This document shows, one piece after another, positions 47,301 to 61,282 of a DNA stretch of 64,000 bases. Within the stretch, counting starts at the first letter, position 1. Each line of letters opens with the position of its first letter. Made by a program: the position numbers and the translations under genes. Source of the DNA: Tubulanus polymorphus (Eukaryota > Animalia > Nemertea); contig NC_134025.1 of the NCBI RefSeq assembly GCF_964204645.1, forward strand, positions 5,642,001 to 5,706,000. The letters run 5' to 3'. The notes below the pieces were generated by a model. That model was not told the origin of the DNA and did no database searches. It saw nothing but the letters and a program-made list of their open reading frames with translations.

Positions 47301-50267
47301 ACAGACCTTAGCTTGAGTTGTGTAAGTGCCATTGTGCAGCTCTAAATACAATTCACCAACCCATCGATTTAAATTGTCTGCTTCATTAGCCTCAACAGCA
47401 TGGAAATAATCATCTGGAGAACTCATCTGAACAATCGGACAACCATCGACATTAGCCACCCGTTTCAATTTCTCTAACATCTCTTCCCTGTTCAAACCAA
47501 TTAAGAATTTGTATTCAGGGAAAAGTTCAAATATGCCTGGTGCCAACTTGCCAGGCTAACTTACGTAGGTCCCTGTCCACCATCTCCATATCCAAACAAA
47601 AACAACGAATGATTTGACCTTCCTTTGTCTTCGAAGTTATTGACAGTTTTCAGCAACTAAAACCAAAACATTAGTGGCTACAGCAAATATTCAAATGCTT
47701 ACAAACCCTGATTTCATAGTATTTTCAGGTAAATCTTTGGAATAATTACCTCATCAATATTGCCCATCATATTGTATGATTCTCCTGGAGGAAAATGTGC
47801 TATAACTTCACTTCCATCAATACCTTCCCAATGGAATGTGTGATGCTTGAAAATACATAATAAATATATCAGTGTCCAATTCCATACATAGGGATTAGTA
47901 ACGTTTAAGAATCTCTCAGATAACATCCTTCTTATGCATAGATTTTGAAATGGGGAAATGTACTTATTGATACACATTCATCAACAATTTCATATACATA
48001 ACTGATCAGTACTAAATAATAATCATAACTTACAGGGAACTTATTGACGAGATTCCAACTGAGCTTCTGTGTAACAAATCGCTTAATTCCAACGTGGTTC
48101 AAAATTTGCGGTAATTGAGCTGAATAACCAAATGTATCCGGTAACCAGAACTAAAACAACCATAAACTGACCATTGAAAATATTGGTAATCATGAATTAT
48201 AATAAAGAAACAACTAAAGATGATTCGTCTACCTCTTGGCATTTGATGTTGAATTCTTGTAAGAAAAATCTTTGTCCATAAAGAAACTGTCTAATGAATG
48301 ATTCACCACTAGGCAGATTGCCATCCATTTCAACCCAGGCTCCGCCCACTGGTATAAAACGTCCTTCCTTAACATAGTGTTTTATCTGATTGTACAATTC
48401 AGGATAATGTTTCTTTACCCAGTCGTACTGCTGTGCCTTTAAAAAATCCAAATATACATTCAATTCAAACCGCAATGAAATTATATGGTTATGTTACAAT
48501 GGTCACCAGTACCAAATTACCAAGATAAAACCTTTTCATAGGATTAAATGGTCTATATTTGCAAATCTTTCACTAAGTATTTTTGCCAACTCTAACCCCG
48601 GCTTTACCGAGTGAGTCAACTGTGAATAACTTAATGTTATCTGCATAGTTTTTTGTGTAGTACCTGGGAACAAACAAATGTAAAATCTGGATAAGTTTGC
48701 ATAAGTCGTATCGTTGAAGCCCAACTTCGAGCACATTTCCGAATAGTTTCAGGATAGGACCATAACCATGCTGTGTGTATTCACAAAATCAAAGTGTAGA
48801 GAAAAAATAAAATAGGCTAAATAAAATAAGACTGGGATCAAGTTGAAGTAAACACTTGATGGGTATAGTTAAAAATCCCAGAATGTTTTAGGTTGCACTC
48901 ACCTGAATCTATATGACAGTGACCCATTGCATGAACGAGATGTTGACTGTCACCATTTTTCATAGCGAAAAATTTCTTTGCAATTTCTGATGCATCTCTG
49001 TATGACATTTTATCATCTAACTTTATTGTATTCACAACATCGTGTACTGTGTACAGAGCTTGAAAACTCCGGTTACTGTCCTCAGGAAGATGCTTCAGAG
49101 AAAATAAATACATATTTCAACATTCATCTATTTATGAAGGGCCAATCATTAAGCGTATAATCAAATACCAGTACCAGCATGGGTGGTTGAAATTTTTCAT
49201 TTTTTCTTTGGTCTATATTATATGACTGAACTGACCTTAGCTAATCCGATCAGCATTTCAATGTCAATCAGCAGACCATATACATCACGGTCAAATGTTC
49301 GAATTTCAACGACTGAGAGCGAGAAGGATTTTTTCAGATCCGGAGGATTGATCATTCCATTGTTTCCAACACCAAACAGACCATTACAAGCCATTTCAAC
49401 ATAAACTTCTTGACTAGAAAGAAGCACCAGGTAAATGATCATTATCGTTAACCTAGCAGTGGAAGTATTAAGAATTAGACCACATGCAAAAAACCAACCT
49501 GAACTCATGTGGTTGTAGGTCCTTAGAAATTATGAAATCTTCCTTATTTATGTTTCCGCTCAAACCCTACAATAACCAATGGTAGTTCAAAGCAATCTAC
49601 ATGAATTAAGAATTGAATAAGACTGGATTGTTCATATCTTTAAGGCAGTTCCATCTTTACTCCAAATCATGGCTTCACTTTCACTATTCCAAACAAAATG
49701 CACCTCTTTGTTCAGCCAATTTTTTGGAACATCAAATGTGATATGGAACCAATGTGTTGACCATCTGTTATGTCAAAAATTGGCAATACTAATTTTTCAG
49801 TTTGGCCTTGGTCAAATAATCAATGGGCTAGTCTTGTTCATAGACCATTAACAATACAGTTCTAATGATTAAATCAGTTAACCACAGCTATGGTTAACCA
49901 ATTAACATCATCTTGCTTGTTAAGCATTGACTAGCCTGTAATCTATGGATGACTTACGAAGGGCCAAAGTTCTGTCCAACCTGGGCTTGTTTATAAACTG
50001 CATTTTTAGCTGAAGTAAATGGTATTCTGTCGGGTGCAGCATAATGTTCAATGGATATTGTAGTTTCTGTCTGTGGGTACAATCTGAAATCAAAATTAAG
50101 CACAATTATGATTAAATCTAGCTCTTCATAGAAGTCTATTAATATCAATCAAGAGCTGTTGATAGCTACCTTCCTCTCAAGTTGACATCAGTAAAGTAAG
50201 TGTCTGATATGAACTTTTCTGCATTTTCAAGTATCGTGCGACGGTTTTTGATGACATATCGCTCCAT
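44398..50267 (-). CDS. MAN2C1: Cytosolic alpha-mannosidase 2C1 (GH38), about 25 exons
   Basis: [147 protein letters not shown] at 44398-44400. Confidence 0.97.
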
Positions 50268-52133
50268 AATTTCTGGTCTGCAATAGGCTTAGGAGGCTTT
50301 TGTCCTATAATAAAATCTAGAACTTCAAGTAGGCTTAATCTAATATCCACTTATTTAAACAAAATTGCATTTGTTTTGAGCAGCTAATATGCATCAATAC
50401 TTATTTGATGCTTTGATCCAAACCCTGCATTGGAAACTGCACTGAAAGGTAGGCTCATTAGTCAATACAGATAGAGTACTAGAGATGCCTAACCGACTCT
50501 CTAGGAGTCTTGTGCCATTTTGATTATGTGTTAATACAATAACGGGGAAAACTACTGCAGCAAACCTCAAACTGACTGGAGTCCAACAAGTGAGGAGATA
50601 CCAAATGTTTGTAAAATGACCTTAACAGTTGGTACCACTCCTCCTGCACTACTTTTAGTACTGAGTTTTGTAAATTGTAGTGAATACTTTCACTTTCGGT
50701 CTTTCGTTTTGTTTGCGGGCCCTAAAGTCTATTACTATTATTAGTGAGGTTTATTTTTGCTTTTTTGCCTTTTGCCACAGGCTGACGCACCGTATGCGTA
50801 TACGTCTCTAATTCCTCGAGTATGACACCCACTAAATGTACCTTTCTGAGTTATTCGGAGTGAAATATCCGAATCCGTTCTGAATACGTGTACTAGCAGT
50901 ACCGTTGTTGGCTGGCACAACCTGTCAAATCCCAGAGTGTTTACCAGTTTATGATAATAACGATAGACGGCGGTGCATGACGAATAACGTCTCGGGTAAT
51001 TGCGGGTATTGCCCCGCCATCGACATCGTTAATTTGGGCGAAATATCTTTAATTTTCTTTACTGGATGGTAATTCCTGGTCATGGCTTATTGGTTTTGGA
51101 GTTCGTTTTTGTATTACACTACTCCGACTGGAGTAATCATTTACTCCAAGCTCCGACAGACATCACCATCTGTCTCGGCGATGTATCCAAACAGTGGGTA
51201 CCGAGGAGCGCGCAGTATCCAAACATTATGTAGGTAGTTTGCTCTATCATGCTGGCTCCATCTTGCGGCGATGACGAATGTTATGAATGAATAAATGACA
51301 GATGCTGTTTTAATTCCCTGCAAAATGTTGCTGAATCCGGTAATTTAAGCTTGCACAATATAAAATGAGTTTATCTTCTTGTTCATTGATACTTCACAAA
51401 AGATGGGATGGGGTCTGAAGGTCTGGCTCTCATCAGTAGCCTAAACTAGGCCCTCCACCATTCTCCTCCAATCCAGTCTGAGTCAACCATCTATCTTTTT
51501 AGTATCTAGTATGACAATGTCATTATAACCAGCGATCTGAAATGAAAATCCCGATTGGCCTTCATATTTTGTTATATGTCTCATATAGTTAGTTGACCTG
51601 ATCGGTGTTCACAGGTTTCATTATTGGTTTTTATGGCCCTAAAAATGTTGTTGACAGAATTTTAATAATAATGAAACTGAAATGAATTGAAAGGAAAAGT
51701 TTTCTTTTTAATTATGGATCATATTACAGTGAATTTTACCAAAAGAAAGATATGCTGTGGACCAGTCAGTGCTTATTTGTGTAGCCTAGATGAAGCAGTG
51801 GAGGGAGTAGTGACTTAAATAGCAAAATTAATTAACAATGATAATTTTTTTGATAGCTTAGCCTAGTTAACAGTTTTAGAAAAAAACACTCTTTGTAGAT
51901 TTGATATGTTTGGGTTGATACTTTTCAACAGGTCAGCAGAAAGTAGACTGTAAGATAATCAGTGTGAATCACTGCTAATTAAAAACATTGCTTTCACTTG
52001 AAAAGTCTACACGGTTGATTAGAAACACCTCATAGGATACTGATGAGTAATACATAAACACAAACTTCAAACGATGATAGGCCTAAGAAGTTTAAAACAT
52101 GTCGATTTATTTTCAGTAAAAACGGCAGGAAGA

Positions 52134-55100
52134 ATGTTTCACAAGACATTTCGGTGGTGTTTTCGGGGTAGTAAGACCCCGGAAATAACACTAGGAGTTG
52201 AAAATGGTGGGCTGACCTTGCAACCAATGGCGCTGGAAATACCTATGCCCAGCGACCTTGAAGAGGTGAACTCAAAGTTTGCTGAGTTGGTGGTAAGTCC
52301 GAAAAACAATTTACTGGTAGTTCGATTATTCATTTAAATCTTTACACCATGCAAGGTTTCATCTAATTGGCTTTGAATAAATTGGTAATAATCTTCCCAA
52401 TATATTTACCTTCTAGAATATCTGATATTTTATAAGAATTTTCAAGGTATCAAGTTTGATGTAGGTCCATTATATGCAACTTACTTATTTAACGCTTAAG
52501 AGGTGGCCTTGGTCTTGGTCCCTTCATCCACGACAGGATTAAATTCATTCTATAATATTTATACAAAGATTACTTGAATAATGATTATTCATTTCAGGAT
52601 GAATTAGATTTGGACAGACCTCACCGCGAGGCTATGTTCAGTTTACCACCTGAGAAGAAATGGCAAATATATTGCAGTAAGAAAAAGGTATCAATTGTTT
52701 AACAAACTGTCTTGCATCTATTAAAAACCTGCTACTGGATGATGTCAATAAAACAATATAATTCAACTGTTTAGGAACAGGAAGATCCAAGCTCAACAAG
52801 TTGGCCTGATTATTATATCGACAGGGTTGGTCAAATGGCAACTGTAAGTAGGCCTAGTAGTCTTTTCTGCAGAGACTATTTAGGGGGAGACTTTGAATTC
52901 CACATGAGATATTTATGAAAATGTAAAGTTCTGCATAAATTCGTTACAAAATATTTGGAAGGGAAATTAATATTGAAAGTTTGTGAGTGTCCATGTCCAT
53001 TGTATCTATCCTCAGATTCATCTCATTGTATTTTCAGATATTTGTCCCATATGATGAGGATGAAATAAATGCTAGAGCTAAACAAATGGATAACTTAAAG
53101 ACAGCTTTACGTACTCAACCAATCAGGTATATATGTATATTCGATACATCAAAAAGTGTAGAACAGCCCAATGATGTAATCTGTATATCTTGATTGATGA
53201 TGTTTTTTTTTCAGATTTGTCACTAGGTTTATAGAGTTGAATGGTTTACAATGTTTATTGGACTTCCTCAGTAATATGGACAATGTTATAGCTGATAGTG
53301 CTATACATCCATCAGCTATTGGCTGTATCAAAGCACTGCTTAACAATTCGGTAAGTTTATAGTCCATGCCAGAAAATCCATAGCTGTATCTCTAGAAAGA
53401 TATCTAGCTGTGACATCATTCAATATTGTTTAGGCGTGGAAACTCTGATTGATTATGTCATAGGCAGGCTTTATAGAGGGAGCTATCTTTTCTGCAAGGG
53501 TCGATATTTGATTCTAATATGTGAAAAACGTGAATTTTGTTTCTACCTTAATTGAACCTAAATTATAGCAATCTATCAGCTGCACACTACACACCATATA
53601 TATTTACCAGTATAGGCCTATATATAAGATAACATATATGTAAACATGTTATTTATTTTTGCAAAAAAATGGTCAACTATTTGTATAAGAATGAGTATTT
53701 AGAAAACCGTATAGAACCGGTAGCATCAAAAATAGCATTATGATATATTTTACATTTAAGCATGGTCGCGCGCATGTACTCGCACATCCCGCCTGTATCA
53801 ATACAATTGCACAAAGTCTTAAAACTGAGAATGTTCGCACAAAAATAGCAGTGCTCGAAATTCTGGGAGCTGTGTGTCTCGTGCCAGGCGGACATCGGAA
53901 GGTCCTGGAATCGATGGTGCACTTCAAGAAGTTCTCCGGAGAAAGAACAAGATTTCAGACTTTGATTATCGATCTTGACCGGCCGGTGGCTGATTATCAA
54001 GAAGAATTAGCCTTGAAAACAACAATCATTTCATTCATAAACGCTGCATTGAAATATGGTCCAGGCCAGGTATGATATAATTTCATGATTTGTTGAAATA
54101 TAGAATTTCATTTCATAAAAGGTTTCGTTGCTATATACAGTTGTATTCCATTACAGGACCATCTTGAATTCAGAATGCATTTGAGATACGAGTTTCTGAT
54201 GTTAGGAATAATGCCTGTGATAGACAAATTACGCGAATATGACAACGAAACATTAACAAGGTAAGATGAATGAATTGTGCTATATTCTACTGTAGAAATG
54301 GGAAATGGGGTTAATGTTGATTTATTTTCAACTTACCTGCAATGTAAAGGTTCATTAAAAACTCATCATACAGAATACGGTTGACTACTTCTTAGTCATC
54401 TCTGTCACTTTCCTTTCCACTCTGTTTTTCAGACATTTAGATTTCTTCGAAATGGTTCGAAATGAAGATGAAAAAGAGATTGCTAAGAGATACGATGTGG
54501 TGAGAATATTTGCATGGCGCGATATTTATTGAAGTATTGTTAATATTGCAAAGAACTGCTTTTAGAAATGCTTCCATATATTTTCAGACACACATTGATT
54601 CTAAAAGTGCTACACATATGTTGGATATTTTGAAGAAAAAGTTAGCGCATACACTGGCTTATCCACATTTACTATCGGTTCTTTTTCACCTATTAGAATT
54701 ACCGAGTGAGTAGACGAACTAAGATCTTGATAATTCATTCAAGTCGAGCGAAGTTCTAGATTTGATTGAATCTTATTGGTTTCGATAATGATTTTCAGAT
54801 AATGGAAATAATATGTCTCAATACTGGCAGTTAGTCGACCGCATGGTACAACAGGTTGCTATTCAGTTGAAGGATGGTTCAGATCCCGATGATTCACCGC
54901 TGGAAATTAACGTTCTTAAAATCGTCAAACAGTTAGTACAATTTTATTTGCTTAACTCATTGTCAGATTGATATATGTATTTTTGTCCAAGTTGGTGGTC
55001 GCAGGGAGTTTTTAACATTCAGTTAATATCTATTTGTAGATTGGCTAGTGAAAACGAGATTAAAGCAATACAACATCAGTTACGACAACAACAGAAAGAC

Positions 55101-58100
55101 AACGACGAACTCACTTCAAAACTTTCAAAGAAAGAACATGAATGTGAAGTCAAAACGCAAGAAATGGTAGGAGTCGGGTGTAAAACAAGCAAATACTGTT
55201 AATCTTGCTATTAAAAACATATTATTGTTAGCTATTTACTTATAGGACGAGTTAATGGAAATGGTAAACAGATTAAAGACTAAATATGAACAGGAGGCAT
55301 GCAATCACGGAGATACTAAAGCAAAGTTGGAGCAAACGATGAGACAGCTTGAAGAATTAGCGAAATTGGTAAGCTTGGTTTTCATTCAAATGAATTGTAT
55401 TCATTGTTAATGGAGTTGATACTTAGAAATATATAAAGAGGGTTGTAGTCTATAAACCTAATCTTTTATTATCAAATAGATTGATGCAGAAAGGGCTGAA
55501 CGTTCAAAACTTGAACATATGATTAAAACCGGAAGTTTACCGGATGATGCGAAGGCTGGAATTACATCCGCTGCTTCATCGCTCGCCGCTCAGTTAAAGA
55601 AAGCCGCTGAAAATCGACCCAAAGTCGCTACGCCTCCACCTCCACCACCAGCGCCACCTGTACCTAAAATAGGTGGACCACCTGCACCTCCACCACCTCC
55701 CGGTTAGTAGTATTGCCTCATCACTACGGATGTAAGACCGTTTTCTGTAGATCTATAGTTTTCGATTACTGGTTAATTTTAGGACCACCTGCTCCTGGAT
55801 TACCATCACTTCATGCCGTTAAGAAAAATATCCCCAAGTCAGGTGCTCCGCTGAAATCATTTAACTGGGTCAAACTTGCTGAGGTAAGTAGCGCTTAATG
55901 ATCAGATGGAAATCACCCAGAAAATACTGTTGACTCTAAATAGAATGTTCTCTATTCATCTAATACTAATTTGTATGAATATTTCATACAGAACAAGATA
56001 AAAGGCACCGTTTGGTCTGATCTGGATGATACAAGGGTAAGAAGATAAATTATCTACTTCTATTAGTACCTGTACGTTTGAAAGGGTCACTCAAATGTAA
56101 ATAGCTCTGGACCCAGTTCCACAGTTGTGAGTAAGAGTTAACTCTGAGTTAAAGTTAGTTCATTTTCAATGTTTTAACCCAGGGTCAAATCTTAACTCAG
56201 GACTGTGGAACTGGACCCTGGTGTTTAATAAGAATTTTACTCAGATGAATTCAATTCCATCTTCATTCAAAACTAAGACTTAGTAGCTAGGGATGAATTC
56301 AGTTTAAATTTTTCGTCCGAATTGTAGCTTTTCAGAGCACTTGACCTGGCATCGCTTGAAAAGAATTTCTCTGCGTATCAAAAACCAAACCAGGAAGAAG
56401 AAGTCGGCTTCAAATCATCCAAACAGCGAGTGAAAGAATTGTCAGTTATTGATGGTAGACGTGCTCAGAACTGTACGATTACTCTGTCTAAACTGAAGAT
56501 GACTAATGACGAGATTTCTCGCGCTGTGATGACAATGGATGAGCGAGAGGAACTTCCTAAAGATATGTGCGAGCAGGTCCGTATTATATCTTAGTCGATA
56601 TTTTATTCAGCATTAATTTTAGTCGATGCATACAGCTGTGTGTTTATGGTATATTTTTTTGTACTTTTAGTTGCTGAAGTTCATTCCGACTCCTGAAGAA
56701 TCACAGATGTTGAATGAACATGAACATGAGATTGATGAAATGGCTCGAGCTGATAGATTCCTTTACGATATGGCAAAGTAAGTTGAAAAAGGCTCTAAAA
56801 CTTCAAGGTCTACCGGTATTAAAGATATTTCCCCAGTCCATTAAATCGATTTTCTATTCAGTTTTTTTAATTGCTGTTGAAATTATTTGTTGTTGTTTTT
56901 ATTCGCTCAGAATTGTGCATTATGAACAGAGATTGAAAGCTTTATATTATAAGAAGAAGTTCTCTGAACGTATGGGTGACGTGAAACCGCGTGTGCAAGG
57001 TATGAATTCGGTTACGTCACTTAATTGAATTGAGTATTAAATTTGATTTTCTGTTTCGAGATACATGTAATGAATATCTCTCTATGATCTGGTTATAATT
57101 GTCCATGTATTCGTATTATTCGTTTCCAGCTGTTATGAAGGCGACGCAGCAAATTTCGACCAGCAAACGATTGAGGAAACTTCTCGAAATTGTTCTAGCG
57201 TTCGGTAATTTCATGAATCGCGGCCAGCGTGGAAACGCTTTCGGTTTTCGTATTTCGAGTTTGCTGAAGATAATTGATACGAAATCAAGTATTGATCGTA
57301 AAGTGACTCTTCTTCATTACCTGATTCAGGTCCTCGAGAAAAAGGTATCGAAACGTTGGCTTCTTATTCCCGGATGGGTTTCCTCACCTTAAATCGTTAA
57401 GTGTTATTCATTATTCTAATAATTCTTTCATTTGCAGTTTCCAGATATAATGAAGATAAACATCGACATGCCTGATGTTACTTTAGCTTCAAAAGTAGCG
57501 TAAGTTAAAGATTATTTCGATGATTTTAGATGAACGCTCAATCTGCTTGACAAAATGGATGAAATGATTAATTTGATATTTTCACCTGTGATAAGAAAAT
57601 TTCATCTATCAGCATACTGTAACACTTTCACCAGTCTGTTTTAACCAAGAAATATGTGACTTAATGTGTATGTCTCAGTCAAAATTTACTTATCATCTAA
57701 TATTAGAATCATCTGATATTGTAGGATGACAGATTTGGATGCAGACATAGCTGTTTTGCGTAAGGGTTTAGATGATATCAAAGCTGTAAGTAAATCACGT
57801 ATTTCATCACAGATATTGTTTATATGTGCGTTACTAATTGACATATATATCTACAGGAGGTGAAATTTTACAAACAGCAGCCTTACACTCGAGGTGATAA
57901 ATTCATTTCGAGTATGGAGAAATTTGTGATGGTCAGCTCGATCAATTTTAGTGAACTGGAAGAGTCTGTCACTGAAATGAAACAAAAGGTACTAGTTGTC
58001 TTTTCAGCTTATTCACTTGCATAAGTTTAAATATTTGAAAGTGATTAATATCTAAATACATTTTATCAGATGACTGATAATATAAGCTTGCTTATCTACT

Positions 58101-59343
58101 CCTGGTTGACGATCTGAGCTTATAATAGATAGCATCAAACTTGAGTGCTCTTGCCATAAGGTTTTCATAAACTTCTTAAGATAAAGACTTACCTCGATTT
58201 CATGAAGGGGTTATTTATACTGTGACCTAATTATATATACTAAGTTTATTACCATGTCTATTTATGCTAAAAGGTAATTTATCCCATATCTTGAAATGAA
58301 TATATTGTATATACTTAATATTTTGTATATATTTGTTTAGTATGATAAAGTGCTCGGTCTTTACGGAGAAGAATCTAAAATGCAGCCGGATGAATTCTTT
58401 GGGATATTCGATCAGTTTTTGTCAATGTTGTACGATTGCAAAAAGGAGAATGAACGCTTCCGTAAAATGGCTGAAGAAGAGGAACGTCGAGCAAAGGTCG
58501 AAGCTCAGGTAATAATGAGGTTTACCAAAACAAGCAAGGTATCCAAGTACTACAGGGCTATATTGTCCTGGCGTCTTTCGCAAAGTTGGTTATCCTTTTT
58601 TCTTTTGTCATAGTTGAAGGCGGAAAGAGCAAAGAAAATGAATGAAAAGAACAAAACACTAGTTAACGGTTCAGATAAAGGTAAATTAAGAATATTTTAT
58701 TCGAATAAAATAGATATTCAATTTTATACATATAATGGAGACAACTGGTGGCGTATCTCACAAGTTGCTGATATCACAATTGCTGCTGTAACCGTCATGT
58801 TGCAGCTCAACATACTCTAGCCCTAAGAACCTGTAGTAACATTGATGAGCCATGGAAATAAGTGAAACATGATAACCACTTGCCTGGAAATCAGGGAAAA
58901 GTCAGGATAATTTCTTTTCTTTAAGAAAGTCAGCTAATTATGTGAAAAAGCTAAAAATTAGGGTAAAGTCTGGAAAATTTGTTGAGATCGCTAGATTGTA
59001 CATAAAATCAAACATTTTCTGTCTATGTTTTACATATTTGACTGTGTTAATTGGTTGCATTCTTAGCAGATCAAGTCAAGGCAAACAACGTACATTGTCA
59101 GGGAATAATTAGGGAAAATTCAACAATTCAGATAAAAGAGGCCACCCTGTGATATATAAGGTATTGATAGCTCTTCACGTTGTGTTAATTGCAGGTGAAT
59201 TTGATGATTTGATATCGGCTTTGCGAACTGGAGAGGTATTCGGAGAGGAAATATCCAAGTTGAAACGCGGTCGCAGGAGAGGCAGCGCTCAGAATAATGG
59301 TTTAGAAAGGGAAAGAGTTGGTAACGTTCGTCCTCAAAGATAG
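52134..59343 (+). CDS. DAAM: Disheveled-associated activator of morphogenesis (formin: GBD/FH3, FH1, FH2, DAD)
   Basis: [73 protein letters not shown], poly-Pro FH1, [64 protein letters not shown]. Confidence 0.97.
56107..56220. mobile_element. About 114-bp MITE, family A copy 2 (DAAM intron)
   Basis: ctggacccagttccacagttgtgagt ... actcaggactgtggaactggaccctg inverted ends. Homologous to 38746-38855. Confidence 0.8.
58868..59149. mobile_element. Degenerate MITE-like element in the last DAAM intron
   Basis: Right end ggccaccctg, degenerate left end catgataaccact, and repeated (t)cagggaa(aa) / agggaaaa motifs. Confidence 0.4.
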
Positions 59344-61244
59344 ATATACCGCATGAAGAGTGGTCTGATGTGATCAGCAGGCCGCTCTATTCTCTTTTCA
59401 TTCATCATATTCATCCATGAAGATCATGTGGAATAGTGCTTCAGTTTTCTGTATCTTTCTCAGAAATCATCAAGTTTAACAACGGACTTCATTTTGCAGG
59501 CAGCTGCATTTACAGAATTTGCTGATATTTCATTGAATTAGCAAAAGCATTTTGAAGAACTATTATGAATGTTTCATAACCTACTCAATTAGTGTTCAAT
59601 TTGCAGGGTAGGTTCTTGAAGCCGTGAAGAAGGAAATTAGAGATTTGCAACTGTTTGTTTAATTTTTCTTTTTTTTGTATTGATGAATATTTTTGGGCAG
59701 TTGAAAATAGAATACCCTGGATAGATTTGCTTCTATAATCATATAAGCTCTGTTTGTACTGCCCTAGTTCCTATACCATGCATTCAGTACTAGTTTCCAA
59801 CATACTGTATTTTTTACATGCATACTGTATTTTTTATGACTTGACTATTTCTAGAAAAATAGAGTTGTACATATATGGAGTACATTTAACCTATGTTTGA
59901 AAGCTCTTCCTTTTGAATGAAAATGATTTATATTATGTATTTCTCCTCGATAAAAATGAGATTTCATTCATTATTGAAAACATGATGAGATAATGTATCG
60001 AGGTCATAGCAATCAAGTGACATCAACTACTGCCCTATACAACGTGTTGTCTAGCCTGTCACTGGCATTCCATAAAGTGCTGAATCAACGAGAAATTACC
60101 TCAGACCTAGAAATAAAACACGTTTATAGGTCATCTAAATTATATTATAATAGGAACAATAAAAATTACATAATGAAGGGGTATATTCAATGTAACCTAT
60201 GATGATGCCAGGGGTTTATTATTGCTCGCGAAATTTGCTTACTTAACAACCTTGAAAGATATCTGACTAATAAATAAATGACCGTGATAAGGCTGGTCAG
60301 ACACATTGACATTGTTTATGGGGTCTGAAGTATTGATTTTCAAAATATTTCAATTTAAAGTAAATCATACGTATATGAATGAATATAATTTTGAATTTTG
60401 CTTGCAGTCTTTTTAACTTCTTCTGATTAAACATTTACCGTTTCTGCTATCTATAATATAGTGAGATAAATAGATGTAAATATACATGGAAACCATGATT
60501 ATGTTGTGAGAATTAACTATAAATTATTAATCTGTTTTTCAATCAAAAAACGATCATCTGAAAATAGTTGTAGCTTTCATTATTGTAAAGTAATCTGTAT
60601 CAGAAAACTTGATGTTGAATTTTACACAAACTATTGATGAAGATATGGCTGAGTAGCCTATTTTATGGACACGGTTATTAGGAATCGACCCTACGAAAGA
60701 TTTTAAGACCATCTTCAGCTAAGACTGAGCAATTTCTTAAACTTTAAGTAACTGTGAAATGACTGTGAAATTCGGATGTTTCCCCAGGATTTCAAGCTAG
60801 AAACTAGTATGTTATTGTCTGTAAAACCTACTCCTGCTGTAATATGCTTCGATGTTTTAATGTGATTAAGCCGCATATTCCGAAATTTATCTAAAAAGCA
60901 TTTTGCATGCGAGATCTCAGACAAAATAATATTCTACATTACTGATATTGATTGAACGACTTTCTAGCTCTCACTGACTATCAACTGACTGTGCCAAAAT
61001 GGAGTGTAACTACTTGAATACGTTTGATTAAATACCTTTGGTTGAATGAAAATCAATTTTCAATAAATCGGGTCATGGAACCGAAAAAGCTTTACATAAT
61101 TTGGTCGGTTTCGGATGTTGTAAGATGTATATTAAATGAATAATGGCTTTGTTATGATATATATAAAAACCCGTTAAATATATAGGCGTATGTATTTTTT
61201 GCGATTTCACCATTCCCATTGTTTAAGATAATTTTTACTCCTCG

Positions 61245-61282
61245 TATCATATCATATATCATATCGTATATCATATCATATG
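61245..61282. repeat. Imperfect (ATATC)n microsatellite
   Basis: atcatatcatatatcatatcgtatatcatatcatat. Confidence 0.6.

Noticed and set aside
49630-49637. U12-type AT-AC intron
   Set aside because: Donor is ATATGAAC rather than ATATCCTT, the acceptor is AG, and no TCCTTAAC branch site was seen.
38484-59343. WDPCP and DAAM as a planar-cell-polarity gene cluster
   Set aside because: Both act in PCP, but they are separated by MAN2C1 and I have no synteny evidence, so chance proximity cannot be excluded.
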